A DNA stretch of 64,000 nucleotides from Terracidiphilus sp. (GTDB lineage Bacteria > Acidobacteriota > Terriglobia > Terriglobales > Acidobacteriaceae): contig DASZLE010000090.1 of NCBI GenBank assembly GCA_035552475.1, positions 35,486 to 99,485 of the forward strand, given 5' to 3'. Below the pieces are notes generated by a model. The model was not told the origin of the DNA and ran no database searches. It saw only the letters and a program-made list of their open reading frames with translations. Below, in pieces: positions 26,790 through 38,400 of this stretch. A program made the position numbers and the translations under genes. The first letter of the stretch is position 1, and the number at the start of each line of letters is the position of its first letter.

Positions 26790-27545
26790 TCAAGCGCGAG
26801 AGCCGTCCTCTTTTACCAACGACGGCATCAGCGCCCGCACCACGAGCGAAAGGCCGAAGCTGACGAGAATCACCTGCGCCATCAGGCCCACGTTATAGGT
26901 CCACGACACGAAGGCGATGGCGACGAAGATGCCGATGGGCGTAAGCTCTGCCAGCACGGCGCGGAGCCAGTGCGGCCTGGCCCCGCTGGAGGGGAGACTG
27001 CTGCGCAGCCTTGGAACGAAGCGTGGGACCGCATGGAGATAAGCCTGGTAAGGCTCGTCCAGGCGCTCGGCCAGGAAGGATTCTTCACCCAGGGTGAGCC
27101 GGACGATGAATAACGTAAGCAGCACGATGGCGCAGAGGGCGCCTGTGGGCGGCATGAGAAATGCCAGCGCGGCCACCATGCACCACAGGCCCAGGTAGAG
27201 CGGATTGCGGACCGCGCGGTAGGGACCGTCGGCGACCACTGCGCCCGCTTTCATGGAGAGGCTGTGCACGGTGGCGGGGCCGAGATAGGCCGTGCCCCAT
27301 ACGCGCAGGAGAGCGCCGAGCGCCGCAAAGATGGAGGCAAGCACGATCACTGCGGGGACAGCCGCGGAGAAGCGTATCAGGCCCATGCGGCTGAGCTCGA
27401 GCGGGAGCCACTCCAGCAGAGGGCGGCGGCTGCCCGCATCCTGCCACGGCGCCCAGAATCCGAGAAGGATGATGGCCGTGTTGATGATCATGCGCAGACG
27501 GAATTCCAGCGCGCTTGCCCGCATGGTTCGTGACTCCTGTTTCAA
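26790..27545 (-). CDS. Isoprenylcysteine carboxyl methyltransferase / PEMT family membrane protein
   Basis: GPYRAVRNPLYLG, EESFL...Y..Y...VPRFVP. Confidence 0.82.
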   Translation of the reverse strand: MKQESRTMRASALEFRLRMIINTAIILLGFWAPWQDAGSRRPLLEWLPLELSRMGLIRFSAAVPAVIVLASIFAALGALLRVWGTAYLGPATVHSLSMKAGAVVADGPYRAVRNPLYLGLWCMVAALAFLMPPTGALCAIVLLTLFIVRLTLGEESFLAERLDEPYQAYLHAVPRFVPRLRSSLPSSGARPHWLRAVLAELTPIGIFVAIAFVSWTYNVGLMAQVILVSFGLSLVVRALMPSLVKEDGSRA

Positions 27546-27625
27546 GTCGGCCTACTGAGACAAGAGTACGCAATCCGGCTGGGGCACGGCGCGCGAAGAC
27601 GCGACGCGCGCCGTGCTGGATCCCG

Positions 27626-30292
27626 TTATTCGCCGCGCAGGGCGATCACGGGATCGACTGACGCGGCGCGGCGCGCGGGGAACCATGCGGCGGCCAGCGC
27701 TACCGACGACATGAGCAGCGTGACCGCGCCCAGCGTAATGGGATCGAGCGGGCTGACTTCAAACAGGAAGCTGTGCAACACCTTGCTCAACGCCAGTGCG
27801 CCGCCGATGCCTGCAATGCATCCGGAGATGGCGAGGAAGAGGCTCTGGCGAACGACGGACATGATGATCTGCCAGCGTTGCGCGCCCAGGGCCAGGCGCA
27901 GGCCGATTTCCCGCACCCGCCAGCTCACGATGTACGCGATAAGGCTGTAGATGCCGATGGCGCCGATGAAGACGGCAAGGCCGCCAAAGGCAAGCAGGAG
28001 GACGGCGAGGGCTCGCGGCGCGGCAACAGAGCCGGCCACGACTTCGTCAAGGGACCGGACGTGGGTGACAGGAACCAGCGAATCGATCTGCGAGACCGCC
28101 TGGCGAAGGCTTTCGGCTGCCTGCGTCGGAGTGCTGCGCGTGCGTAGCAGCGTATACATTGCCGGCCTCTCGCGGTCGGGAGTCAACGGCAGATAGACTT
28201 CGTCGGTATAACCGCTGTCGAGGCTGGTATCGTGTGCGTTGGCCACCACGCCGACGATCATGGATGCTTTGTCGGCGACCCAGACCGTGGGCTGCGGCTC
28301 GTCAACCACGTCAATGAGATGTTTGCCGATGGGATTCTGGTTCGGCCACATCCGCTCGGCCATGCGCTGGTTGATGACCGCGGCGTGCGAGGCGCCGGAC
28401 GCGTCCTCGGGGGTGAGTAGCCGGCCGCGGGCCAGGTGCAGGCCCAGCACATCGAAGTAATCCGGAGTGACGATGCGCGAAGTGGCCATCGGCGCTCCCT
28501 GCCGAGCATCGCGCGGGTGATCTTCGGCGTCGTAGTCGTAATTATTGTCTTGCCCGCTGAGTGGCAGCGCGTCCGCCAGCGCCGACTTCTGACCGCCGGA
28601 AATCTCACTGGATTGCGCAAGCAGCGTGTCCCAGAAAGCCTGGCAGCGGCCTTTGTTCTGGTTGCTCTGGCAAGTGCCGGAGTCAAGTGAAATCTCGGCG
28701 GTCACGATGTGGTCGGTGCGAAAGCCGGGATCCACTTTGGAGAGCCTGTAGAGACTGTGCAGCACCAGGCCGGCCGCGGTGATGACCAGGACGGAGAGGC
28801 CGATTTGCGCGACCACAAGAATAGTGGACGCGCCGAAGCGCGAGCCGCCGACCATGGATCGGTTGCCGAGGCGAAGGGTATCGAGCAGATTGATGGTGGC
28901 CAGCTTGAACGACGGAATAGCGCCGAATAAGAGCCCTGCCACGATCGATGCGCCGAGGGTGAACAGCAACGCGGTCCAATGAAGGGAGACGTCCTGGATG
29001 CGCGGGGTGTCGGCGGGCAGCAGGTGCACAAACAGACGCAGGCTTGCCAGGGCTGCGCCAAGGCCCACCACGCCGGCGGCGAGCCCTAGCACTACGCTCT
29101 CAATGAGAAGCTGCTGCATGAGCCGCAAGCCCGATGCGCCCAGGGCGCCGCGGATGGCGATCTCGCGCTCGCGTGCGTTTGATCGCGCGAGCATCAGATT
29201 GGCCACATTGGCGCAGGCGATGAGGAGAATCAAGCCGACGGCGCCAAACAGCAGCAACAACCGCGGCCGCATGGAGCCGGTCTCCGCTTCGAGCAGCGGA
29301 ACCACGGCCATGTCGGATGCCCAGATGTCAGGCATGCGCCAGGGAAACAGCGAACCCAGCAGCGGGCGAAGCTGCCGGATCTCAGCTTGTGCGCGTTGCG
29401 GAAGCACGCCCTCTGCGAGCCGCCCGAACATCTTAACGTTGAAAATCTGCCAAGGGTCGTTGACGTCGTCCTGGCGGAACGAAACCGGAATTACAAATTG
29501 CGTGTCAGCGTAGGGGAAGCGCACGCCTGCCGGCATGACGCCGACGACGCGCCGCGACACGCCGTCAATGCGAATCTCGCGTCCGATCACGCCTGGCTCG
29601 CCGCCGAAATGCTGACGCCAGTAACCGTAATTCAGCACCACTTCGTGGTCCTGCCCCATGATGGCGTCTTCCGGCCGGAAGAACGATCCGGCAGCCGGGC
29701 GAATTCCCAACGCATCCAGCGCGTTCACGGTTACCGCTGCGCCGAAGACGCGATCAGGCTGATCCGACTCCGCCAGGTTCGACTCCGCGTCCGGACCGTA
29801 ACCGGCAACTGCACTGAGAGCGTGGGTCCGCTCGCCGAGCGCGCGAATCCATCCCTTGGGATACACCGGCGAGTTGGCGCCAGTGATGCGCACCAGTTGC
29901 TCCTGGTGGGAGTAAGGCAACGGACGCAGCAGGATTGAGTCCACCAGCGCGTAGATGACGGCGTTGGCACCGATGCCGAGGGCCAGCGTGAGCACCGCAG
30001 TCAACGTGAATCCAGGCGCCTTGCGCATTTGCCGTAGCGCAAAGCGCAGATCCCAAAGCATACCCTCAACCGATGGCACAGCCGACTGCTCCCGGCACGC
30101 CTGGCGCACCTGCTCGGCGCCGCCCAGGCGTACCAGTGCCTGGCGGCGCGCTTCGGTGCGCCTCAGGCCGGCGCGCATGCCAGCTTCGGTGTCCATCTCC
30201 ACGTGGGCCTCGATCTCGGCATGTAATTCTTCATCGCGCCGGCGCGAAACCAACCCGAAGATTCTTAGAAAGATTGCCCGAAGCTTACGCAT
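27626..30292 (-). CDS. Duplicated MacB/FtsX-type ABC permease (Acidobacteria-type orphan permease)
   Basis: DLRFALRQMRKAPGFTLTAVLTLALGIGAN, LLIACANVANL, REIAIRGALGA, REIGLRLALGA, PARRAASVDP. Confidence 0.93.
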   Translation of the reverse strand: MRKLRAIFLRIFGLVSRRRDEELHAEIEAHVEMDTEAGMRAGLRRTEARRQALVRLGGAEQVRQACREQSAVPSVEGMLWDLRFALRQMRKAPGFTLTAVLTLALGIGANAVIYALVDSILLRPLPYSHQEQLVRITGANSPVYPKGWIRALGERTHALSAVAGYGPDAESNLAESDQPDRVFGAAVTVNALDALGIRPAAGSFFRPEDAIMGQDHEVVLNYGYWRQHFGGEPGVIGREIRIDGVSRRVVGVMPAGVRFPYADTQFVIPVSFRQDDVNDPWQIFNVKMFGRLAEGVLPQRAQAEIRQLRPLLGSLFPWRMPDIWASDMAVVPLLEAETGSMRPRLLLLFGAVGLILLIACANVANLMLARSNAREREIAIRGALGASGLRLMQQLLIESVVLGLAAGVVGLGAALASLRLFVHLLPADTPRIQDVSLHWTALLFTLGASIVAGLLFGAIPSFKLATINLLDTLRLGNRSMVGGSRFGASTILVVAQIGLSVLVITAAGLVLHSLYRLSKVDPGFRTDHIVTAEISLDSGTCQSNQNKGRCQAFWDTLLAQSSEISGGQKSALADALPLSGQDNNYDYDAEDHPRDARQGAPMATSRIVTPDYFDVLGLHLARGRLLTPEDASGASHAAVINQRMAERMWPNQNPIGKHLIDVVDEPQPTVWVADKASMIVGVVANAHDTSLDSGYTDEVYLPLTPDRERPAMYTLLRTRSTPTQAAESLRQAVSQIDSLVPVTHVRSLDEVVAGSVAAPRALAVLLLAFGGLAVFIGAIGIYSLIAYIVSWRVREIGLRLALGAQRWQIIMSVVRQSLFLAISGCIAGIGGALALSKVLHSFLFEVSPLDPITLGAVTLLMSSVALAAAWFPARRAASVDPVIALRGE

Positions 30293-30647
30293 GATTTCCC
30301 CCTACTTGTCCCGCCTGCGCCGGCTTGAGAAAACGCGCCAGGATCTCCGTGGCCTGTTCCCACTCCGCGGCGGCCTTGCGTGCCTGCTTGTGCCCAGCCT
30401 TGGTCAGCTCGTAAAACTTGGCCTTGCGATTGTTCTCGCTGGCGCCCCACTTGGAGCGGATGTACCCCTCCTGCTCCAGCTTGAGGAGCGCGGGATATAC
30501 CGTGCCGTAATTCAATTGCAGGGCCTCGCCGCTGGTCTGCTCAATGCGCCTCGCCAGCCCGTAGCCGTGTTGCGGTCCTATCGTTTCCAGGGTGCGCAGG
30601 ATCATCAGCGCCAGCGTTCCCTGCCAGACATCCGTCTTTCCGCCCAT
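30285..30647 (-). CDS. PadR family transcriptional regulator
   Basis: QGTLALMIL, HGYGLARRIEQ, GTVYPAL..LEQ.G, NRKAKFYELT.AG. Confidence 0.93.
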   Translation of the reverse strand: MGGKTDVWQGTLALMILRTLETIGPQHGYGLARRIEQTSGEALQLNYGTVYPALLKLEQEGYIRSKWGASENNRKAKFYELTKAGHKQARKAAAEWEQATEILARFLKPAQAGQVGGNHA

Positions 30648-30654
30648 CGGAATC

Positions 30655-30712
30655 TCCTATGGCAAGCCAATATGAACCACCTTACGCCCCGTCCTATGGT
30701 CCGGCAATAGGA
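30655..30712. promoter_or_regulatory. Tandem palindromic operators TCCTAT-N9-ATA(G/T)GA, probable PadR autoregulatory sites
   Basis: TCCTATGGCAAGCCAATATGA (30655-30675, overlapping the padR SD) and TCCTATGGTCCGGCAATAGGA (30692-30712). Confidence 0.65.
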
Positions 30713-30816
30713 GAATTCTTAAGAAATGGGAAAGCGCTCCGCCATCGTACGCCGCAAGAGCCTGTGTTACGCTTGGCGGATATCTCCATCCCCGCTGAAA
30801 TCAGGAGACTTAACTT

Positions 30817-32145
30817 ATGCTCTGCCGTCTCATCGCCTGTGTTCTGGCTGCCGCGCCCCTGGTGGCGCAAAGCTCTACTGATCTGAAAAGCTCCGTCCGG
30901 GGGCAACTGCCTTCGCTCGAGGAGACTTATTTGCATTTGCATCGCAACCCGGAGCTCTCGCACCACGAAGAGAAAACGTCAGCTTACCTGGCCGAGGAGT
31001 TGCGCAAGGCTGGGTATACGGTCACCGAGCACGTGGGCAAGTACCAGGACGGCACGCAAGCCTGGGGCATCGTCGCGATTCTGGAAAACGGCGCGGGGCC
31101 AAGGCTTTTGATCCGCACCGATATGGATGCGCTGCCGGTGGAAGAGAAGACCGGCCTGGATTACGCTTCCACGGTGCGCACCAAGAACGACCAGGGCCAG
31201 GACGTGGGCGTGATGCACGCGTGCGGGCACGACATCCATATGACCGTGCTGCTGGGTTTGGCGCGAGAGATGGTGGAGCGCAAGTCGCAATGGCACGGCA
31301 CGCTCATGCTGATTGGCCAGCCCTCCGAAGAAACCATTGACGGCGCGCGCGCCATGCTTGCCGACGGCTTGTATGAGCGCTTCGGCCGTCCCGATTTGGT
31401 TCTATCGGAGCACGACGATTCCGTAACTCCGGCGGGCTCCATCTCCATCAAAGGCGGGCCGCTGTTGGCCAGTTCCACCAGCATCGATGTGACCATGCGC
31501 GGCGTGGGCGCGCACGGATCGGCGCCGCAGTTGAGCAAGGACCCCGTGCTCATGGCCGCGGAGTTCGTGGTGCTTGCGCAAAGCATCGTCGCGCGCCAGG
31601 TCGATCCCCAGCAGCCCGCGGTGCTGACCGTGGGAACCATTCATGGCGGAACCAAGCGCAACATCATTCCCGAGGAAGTGACCATGGGGCTGACGTTACG
31701 TACTTATTCCGACAAGGTGCGCGACGAGATCATCGCCGATGTCCGGCGCACGGCGGATGGCATCGCTGTGGGCTATGGCGTGCCCCAGGACCACATGCCC
31801 ATTGTGACTGTAAGCCAGTCGGAAATTACGCCGGCGACCTATAACGATCCCGCGTTTGCCGAGCGCCTGCGCGCCATCGCCGTAGCAGCTCTGGGCCCGG
31901 ATCGCGTGGAAACTTCTGACTCCGTGATGGGCTCTGAAGATGTGGGACTGTTCACGCTGGGTGGCAAGATTCCCGGTGTGATGTTCCGCCTTGGAGCCGC
32001 CGATCCGGCCAAACTGGCGCACGCAAAGGAGACTGGCGTGCCGCTGCCTGGACCGCATTCGCCGCTGTTCGCCCCGGTCTACGCGCCCACCATCACAACC
32101 GGGGTAACGGCGATGACAGCAATGGCGCTGGATCTGCTGAAGTGA
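30817..32145 (+). CDS. M20 family amidohydrolase with signal peptide
   Basis: LHRNPELS, RTDMDALP, MHACGHD, QPSEE, GAHGS, MGSED, HSP. Confidence 0.92.
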   Translation: MLCRLIACVLAAAPLVAQSSTDLKSSVRGQLPSLEETYLHLHRNPELSHHEEKTSAYLAEELRKAGYTVTEHVGKYQDGTQAWGIVAILENGAGPRLLIRTDMDALPVEEKTGLDYASTVRTKNDQGQDVGVMHACGHDIHMTVLLGLAREMVERKSQWHGTLMLIGQPSEETIDGARAMLADGLYERFGRPDLVLSEHDDSVTPAGSISIKGGPLLASSTSIDVTMRGVGAHGSAPQLSKDPVLMAAEFVVLAQSIVARQVDPQQPAVLTVGTIHGGTKRNIIPEEVTMGLTLRTYSDKVRDEIIADVRRTADGIAVGYGVPQDHMPIVTVSQSEITPATYNDPAFAERLRAIAVAALGPDRVETSDSVMGSEDVGLFTLGGKIPGVMFRLGAADPAKLAHAKETGVPLPGPHSPLFAPVYAPTITTGVTAMTAMALDLLK

Positions 32146-32173
32146 CTTTTGGTTCAAAGCGGATAGGGTAATC

Positions 32174-32599
32174 TTGCAGACAATGAATCTCCAGGCAGCC
32201 AGCGTTCTCGTTCGGGGAAATGGCGATGGCCGGGTCCTTGTCCCGATTTTTTTAGTCATTTCTGCCGTATCCATTGCCGCCGCTTACTGGAAGTCGTTCG
32301 TCCAGTGGATACGCGGGATCCGGGGCCGCGACTGGGCCACGGTCACTGCAAACATTGACGTTGTCAGCGTCACGCCGGAAGTTGTTCAATCTCGCGGCGG
32401 AGAACGAATTGCAGGCTACCTCGCAACGCTCACTTACTTCTACCGCAATCCTGAATTGCAGATGGGCGAGTACAGCCGTAGTTTCAGCAACGAGGCTGAT
32501 GCCAATTCGTGGGCGGAGTCCTACAAGGGACGGAGCGTCATGGTTCACATAGACCCAAGCGACACCACACGTTCAGTCTTACGAAGACAAGAGTTATGA
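32174..32599 (+). CDS. Hypothetical membrane-anchored protein (DUF3592-like)
   Basis: One TM followed by W..V.A.I, Y..tLtY.Y and G.SV.V..DP.D...SVL pattern; start uncertain. Confidence 0.6.
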   Translation: MQTMNLQAASVLVRGNGDGRVLVPIFLVISAVSIAAAYWKSFVQWIRGIRGRDWATVTANIDVVSVTPEVVQSRGGERIAGYLATLTYFYRNPELQMGEYSRSFSNEADANSWAESYKGRSVMVHIDPSDTTRSVLRRQEL

Positions 32600-32624
32600 A
32601 ATCGGGTGGTCGCCAATCTTGCGC

Positions 32625-33980
32625 CTACTTCGCAGGATCCACCAGCGCCGCGTACACGATCGACCGGCTCAGATACTGCAGGTTTGGCGTGCCGCCGTTC
32701 ATCCGCTGGATCATCCCCACGAAGACGATGTCGTTTGTGGGATCGACCCAAAACCACGTGCCCGCCGCGCCATCCCACAAGAAAGTCCCTTTGCCATCCG
32801 GCAGATTCGCCTCCTGCGGGTTGTACTCCACCGCGCAGTTATATCCATACCCGAACCCCGGCCGCATGTGCTGCGCGCCGATGCCGAACCTTCCGCTCAC
32901 CAGGTCTGGCCCCAGATGGTTACTGGTCATCAGCTTCACCGCGGCCGGGGACAGGATGCGCTTCCCATCGAGCTCACCGCCGTTGGCCAGCATCTGCGCA
33001 AAGCGGTAGTAGTCCTCGATCGTCGAAACCATTCCGCCGCCGCCTGAAGGCAGCTCCGGCGGCGCCTCGTATGCATGCGGGCTCACGAATCCGCGTGGCT
33101 GCGCCGTCACCGCGTTCGCATCCGGATCCCACCAGTAGTTCGTCGCGAATCGGCTACGCTTATCTGCCGGAACATAGAAGCCTGCGTCCTTCATTTCCAG
33201 CGGCTTGTAGATGTGGTCGCGCATGAAGTCCGGCAGCGATTGGCCGGAGAGCTTCTCCACGATGTAGCCTTCGATGTCCATGGAGAGCGAGTAATTCCAC
33301 TCGGTCCCTGGCTGGTAAAGCAGCGGAATCTTCGCCAGCCGGTCGATCATCTCCTGCAGATTCTTGCCTTCGAACACGTGCGCGTCGCTCACCATTTTGT
33401 CCACGGGCGTATTGCCGAAGAACCCGTAGGTGAATCCGGCGGTGTGCGACAGCAGTTCCGCCATCGTAGGGGGATGCACCGGATCCACCAGGATCATGTT
33501 CCCGCTCGCATCGGTGCCGTTGTACACCTTCAGGTGCGCAAACTCCGGAATGAACTTCGCGATGGGATCGCTCGGCATCCACTTGCCTTCTTCGTACAGG
33601 ATCATCATGGCCACGCCTGTTACCGGCTTGGTCATCGAGTAATCGCGGAAGATCGTATCCTTCGTCATCGGCGCGCCGGTTGCCATGTCGCGCGTGCCGT
33701 AGGTGCGGTAGTCCACAATCTTGCCGTGCCGCGCCAGCAGCGTCACCACTCCCGCTACTTCTTTCTTGTCCACCGTCCCCTGCATCAGCGCATGCAGGCG
33801 CTCCAGGCGCTCGGCGCTGAAGCCGACGCTTTCCGGCGCAGCGACCATCATGTTGAGCGTGTGCTGTGCGGCAGGTTGCGCATGCTGCGGTTGCTGTGCG
33901 GCGACGGTTGCGGGCGCAAAGCTGACGGCCGCCAGCGCAACACCGATGACGATCTGCTTTGCCGAAGGGTGCATCTTCAT
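32625..33980 (-). CDS. Serine hydrolase, beta-lactamase/class C-like family (paralogue 1)
   Basis: IFRDYSMTK (SxxK), LLSHTAG, PGTEWNYS, WDGAAGT; signal peptide. Confidence 0.92.
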   Translation of the reverse strand: MKMHPSAKQIVIGVALAAVSFAPATVAAQQPQHAQPAAQHTLNMMVAAPESVGFSAERLERLHALMQGTVDKKEVAGVVTLLARHGKIVDYRTYGTRDMATGAPMTKDTIFRDYSMTKPVTGVAMMILYEEGKWMPSDPIAKFIPEFAHLKVYNGTDASGNMILVDPVHPPTMAELLSHTAGFTYGFFGNTPVDKMVSDAHVFEGKNLQEMIDRLAKIPLLYQPGTEWNYSLSMDIEGYIVEKLSGQSLPDFMRDHIYKPLEMKDAGFYVPADKRSRFATNYWWDPDANAVTAQPRGFVSPHAYEAPPELPSGGGGMVSTIEDYYRFAQMLANGGELDGKRILSPAAVKLMTSNHLGPDLVSGRFGIGAQHMRPGFGYGYNCAVEYNPQEANLPDGKGTFLWDGAAGTWFWVDPTNDIVFVGMIQRMNGGTPNLQYLSRSIVYAALVDPAK

Positions 33981-34017
33981 AGTCGAAATCCTGTCTGCGA
34001 TATTCAGTTTTGCCGGG

Positions 34018-35352
34018 CTACTTCGACGGATCCACCAGCGCGCCATACACCACGTCGTGGCTGCGATATACCAGCGGATGATTGTCGCCGCCGCCCATGC
34101 GCTGGATCATCGAAACAAAAACAATGTCGTTGGTCGGATCCACCCAGAACCACGTGCCGGCGGCGCCGTCCCAGAAGAAGGTGCCCTTGCCGTCCGGCAG
34201 ATTTGCCTCCGGCGGATCGAACACCACTGCGCAGTTGTAGCCGTAGCCGAAGCCCGGCCGCATGATGTGCTGCCCGATGCCAAACTTGCCGGTCAGGATC
34301 TCTTGCGGCAGATGGTTCGAGGTCATCAGCTTCACCGTCGCCGGCGAAAGGATGCGCTTGCCGTCCAGCTCACCGCCATTCTTCAGCATCGTGGCGAATC
34401 GATAGTAATCTTCGGCCGTCGACACCAGCCCGCCGCCGCCTGAAGGCATCGTGGGCTGCTCGGTGTAATCGGTGGGCGGGCTCCCTGCCTTTACCACAAG
34501 CTGGCTGTGGTCGTCGCGGTAATTGGTCGCGAACCGGCTGCGCTTGTCCGCCGGAACATAGAAGCCCGCATCCTTCATCCCCAGCGGCGCAAAGATGTGA
34601 TCGTGCATGAAGTCCGGCAGCGACTGCCCCGATAGCTTCTCCACGATGTACCCTTCCACGTCCATCGAGAGCGAATACGTCCATCCCTTGCCCGGCTGGT
34701 AGTTCAGTGGAATGGTCGCGAGCTTGTCGATCATCTCCTGGAGGTTCTTCGACTGCATTAGCTTCTTCTCGCGATAGAGCGCATCCACCGGTGGATTGCC
34801 AGAACCGTACGAGAACCCCGCCGAGTGCGACATCAGCTCGCGCATGGTGGGCGCGTGCTCCGGATCAACAAGCACCGGCTTGCGGTCCGCATCCTCTCCC
34901 TGCGCCACTTTCAGGTGCGCAAACTCGGGAATATATTGCGCGACGTTCGGCAGCCACTTGCCCTCTTCGAACAGGATCATCATGGCCACGCCGGTCACCG
35001 GCTTGGTCATCGAATAATCGCGGAAGATCGTGCCTTTGGTCATCGGCGCGCCCGTAGCTACGTCGCGCACGCCGTATGTGCGATACTCCACCACTTTCCC
35101 ATGGCGCGCAAGAATCGTAACCGCGCCTGCGAGATGCTTCTCATCGATCTCGCCCTGGATCAGCGCATGGAGCCGCTCCAGCCGCTCGCTTGAAAAGCCC
35201 TCACTTTCCGGCTTTACCGGCGTCATGTTCAGAATCGGATGAGCGGCAGGACCCGGCGCAGCGGCCGGCTTCTGCGCACGCGCGCCGAACGGCAGAAGCA
35301 TGCAAATGGCAATCCAGCAAAACGATCGCGCAGAACGAAAATCAAGTCTCAT
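34018..35352 (-). CDS. Serine hydrolase, beta-lactamase/class C-like family (paralogue 2)
   Basis: IFRDYSMTK, LMSHSAG, PGKGWTYS, WDGAAGT; signal peptide. Confidence 0.92.
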   Translation of the reverse strand: MRLDFRSARSFCWIAICMLLPFGARAQKPAAAPGPAAHPILNMTPVKPESEGFSSERLERLHALIQGEIDEKHLAGAVTILARHGKVVEYRTYGVRDVATGAPMTKGTIFRDYSMTKPVTGVAMMILFEEGKWLPNVAQYIPEFAHLKVAQGEDADRKPVLVDPEHAPTMRELMSHSAGFSYGSGNPPVDALYREKKLMQSKNLQEMIDKLATIPLNYQPGKGWTYSLSMDVEGYIVEKLSGQSLPDFMHDHIFAPLGMKDAGFYVPADKRSRFATNYRDDHSQLVVKAGSPPTDYTEQPTMPSGGGGLVSTAEDYYRFATMLKNGGELDGKRILSPATVKLMTSNHLPQEILTGKFGIGQHIMRPGFGYGYNCAVVFDPPEANLPDGKGTFFWDGAAGTWFWVDPTNDIVFVSMIQRMGGGDNHPLVYRSHDVVYGALVDPSK

Positions 35353-35487
35353 CGCGGGCTCTTCCCGCCGGCCTTCTTATTCGAGTACGCTCTCACTCAA
35401 AACGCTGAGCCGCGCCGCCGGCAGCTGTCTGATGTGTGCAGACCGTTATACCAGAGCCCGCGCGGCACCGCTCTTTTCAACCACTAA

Positions 35488-38400
35488 CTAGTAGATCAGC
35501 TTCAGCGAAAGCTGGATCTGCCGAGAATTCCCCGCGGTTCGGCTGATCTCGCCGAACCCCGAGCCGTTCAGGATGTTCGACGGCGCTCCCATGTTCACTA
35601 TGTTGAACAGGTTGAAGAATTCCGCGCGGAACTGCATGTCGATCCGCTCCGCGCCGCTCGGCCGCTGCCCGAACGGCGTGTCCTTGATCAGTGCGAAATC
35701 GTAATCGTAGAACGCCGGTCCGCGGAACGTGTTTCGTCCCAGCGTGCCAAACCGTCCCTGGTTCGGTCCTGTCCCGCCTGCAATGTGGATCGGAATCGAG
35801 AAGAAGTCTGCGGCGTTGTTCGCGCCCTCGCCGAAATAGTCCTCGCGCGCCTTGCGGGCCGTGGAAAGATGCGGCTTGGCAATCTGGTCCGGCCGGTCCA
35901 CGCCGTTTGACCCGTACCCCGTCTGCTGTATTCCGGAGAACACCGTGAACGGCGATCCCGAGCTCATACTTGCGATGCTCAACAGCTCCCAGCCGTAAGT
36001 GACCTTGCGGCTCAACGGGCGCAGCCATGCCGCACTCTCGCCATGCAGATCCTGCGCCACACTCAGGCTGAAGTTGTTCGCGGCGTCGAAATTCGACGGT
36101 CCCTTCTCCGGATGCGTGTCGTACGGATCCTGCGAGAAGCCGGAAGCCACCGCCCCGGTCGAGCCTGTTCCGCCAATCACAATGCTGGTGTCGTCGATCG
36201 ACTTGCTCCACGTGTAGCTGGCCTGGATGCCCGGGCCGCCATGTCCCACCGTGCCTGAGAGCGACGTCTGCAGCGCATGATAGGAGGAATGGGAATCGGA
36301 CGTGATCACGTTCTCTACGCCAAAACCGCCGGTCACATTTCCCGCGCTGTCAAACTGCGTGTGCGGCGCGAATCCCGGCGACGCTCCCGGATACGCGTTG
36401 GGAAAGCTGTAGCGCGGCAACTTTTCCCCTACAGTACCCACGTAAGCGGCGTCCCCCACAAGGTTCCCGAACTTCCGCTCCAGTCCCAGAGTCCACGTGT
36501 ACAGCGTGGCGTTGTCAAAACTCCGATCGATCCCACTCAGGTTCAGCGCGCTAACCACGTGCCCCGGTGTCAGGGCCGCCACGTCCTTTTCATACCGGTC
36601 CACATCCATCACCGTATTCGCCGGAACGTTCGTGTTTCCCGATGCAAAGATGTTCTGTCCTTGCGGCGTGTACGTCTGCGGCAACTGTCCCGGCGTGATC
36701 TGGAACCCGTACGGAATCGGCGCGCCCGCATTGGCCACTGCACGCGGATACACTACGAACGGCGTCGACCCGGTTAGAAAATTGTCCTGCCAGATATTGG
36801 GCGGAATCGCCATGATGCTTGCGCCCGCGTGTACCTGCAGGTTCCTCATCGCCTGCCATTCCACCTGCATCCGCGGCTCAAACGCCAGGTAGTTGGTGTC
36901 GTATCCCGGCTGCGGGTTCACTATGAACTGCTGCACGCCGTCTATCGTCCGAAAACTCGAAGTCCGGTGCGCCCGCTCTGTGATCGGTTTGTACAAATCC
37001 CATCGGACGCCGTAATCCAGCGTTAAACGGTCATTCACTTTCCACGTGTCCTGCGCATATGCCGCAAAGTTGCTGCGGCTGATGGCCGCCGGCCCGATGT
37101 GTTCTCCGCTGGAGAAATACGGCGGCGCAATCGCAACCGTATAAACAAACGCGCTGCCCGAAAGAAATCCCGACAGCGTGTCCGGCAGCGGATCCCCCGG
37201 ATGCAGATCGTGAGTGCCGCTTCGAGAGGGAATAGCCTCCGTCGCATACGCTGTCCCGCCGCCAAAATCGTATTCCCCGTTCGGGCTGATGCCGAAGTAC
37301 GTCGTATCGCGGTTCATGCGCACATCCACGCCGATCTTCAACGCGTGCCGCCCCGTCGTGTAGCTCACGTTCTCCTGGCCTTCGAACAAGTTCCCGTACG
37401 CCTGCATCACCGATCCAGCCGCCGAGTTGAACGCCTCGTACGTTCCGTCGTTGAACTTCACTCCCGGATCTGTCGAGTCCGGCGTGGGAAATCCCGGCGT
37501 GGACCGCGTAATGCTGATCGCTGATTCAAAACTCAGCCGCGGCGTCGCCATCCGCGTCCACCGCCCCACCACGTTGCGCTGCCGGTCCAGGTACTGGACG
37601 CCGAACGCCGGATCGATCGCAGTCTGATCTGGATTCGTCGTCGGTCCGGTCAGGTTATCCATGATGAATCGCGCAAAGAACTGGTCCTTGCTTGAAATCT
37701 TGTGGTCGAAGCGCAGCTCGAACTGGTCCGCGTCTGTCGCCACCTTCGACGGCGTCGCATATGTGCGCCCCGCATACGGTCCCGTGGGGTCGTTCGGCAT
37801 CGGATACCGCGCCAGGATCGGCGCGATCTGCCCGTTCACCGGCACCGTCAGCGTGTCCGTTGAACCGTCCGCATATGTCACTACGTCGGTGCCCGCGCGC
37901 TCTGCCGCCGTCGGCACCGGCAGCACCTGCGTCGTCCCCAGCACCTGCCGGAAACCCTGGTACTCCACAAAGTAGAACGTCCGCTTGCGCCCGTCGTACA
38001 GGTGCGGCAGGAACACCGGGCCGCCATTGGTAAATCCGAATTCATTGCGCCGGAACGGCGGAATCCGCCCCGGGTATGCCGGTGTTGGATGGTCAAAATA
38101 GTTCCGCGCATCGAAGGACGAGTTGCGCACAAACTCAAAAATCGATCCGTGAAATCCGCTCGCCCCCGACCGCGTCACGATATTCGTGAACCCCGAAGCA
38201 CCGCGCCCGATCTCCGCCGGCATCCATCCCGAGCTCGACTGGATCGCCTCCACCGCGTCCACGTTGAAGTTCGAAAACGTAGACCCGCCCATTTCCGGAT
38301 CGCTGATGTCGGCGCCGTCCATCGCAAACGTCGCTTCCACGCCGCGCTGCCCATTGATGGCAAACTGCTGCGTGAAGTTGGTCGCCCCGTTCGTGTCCGT

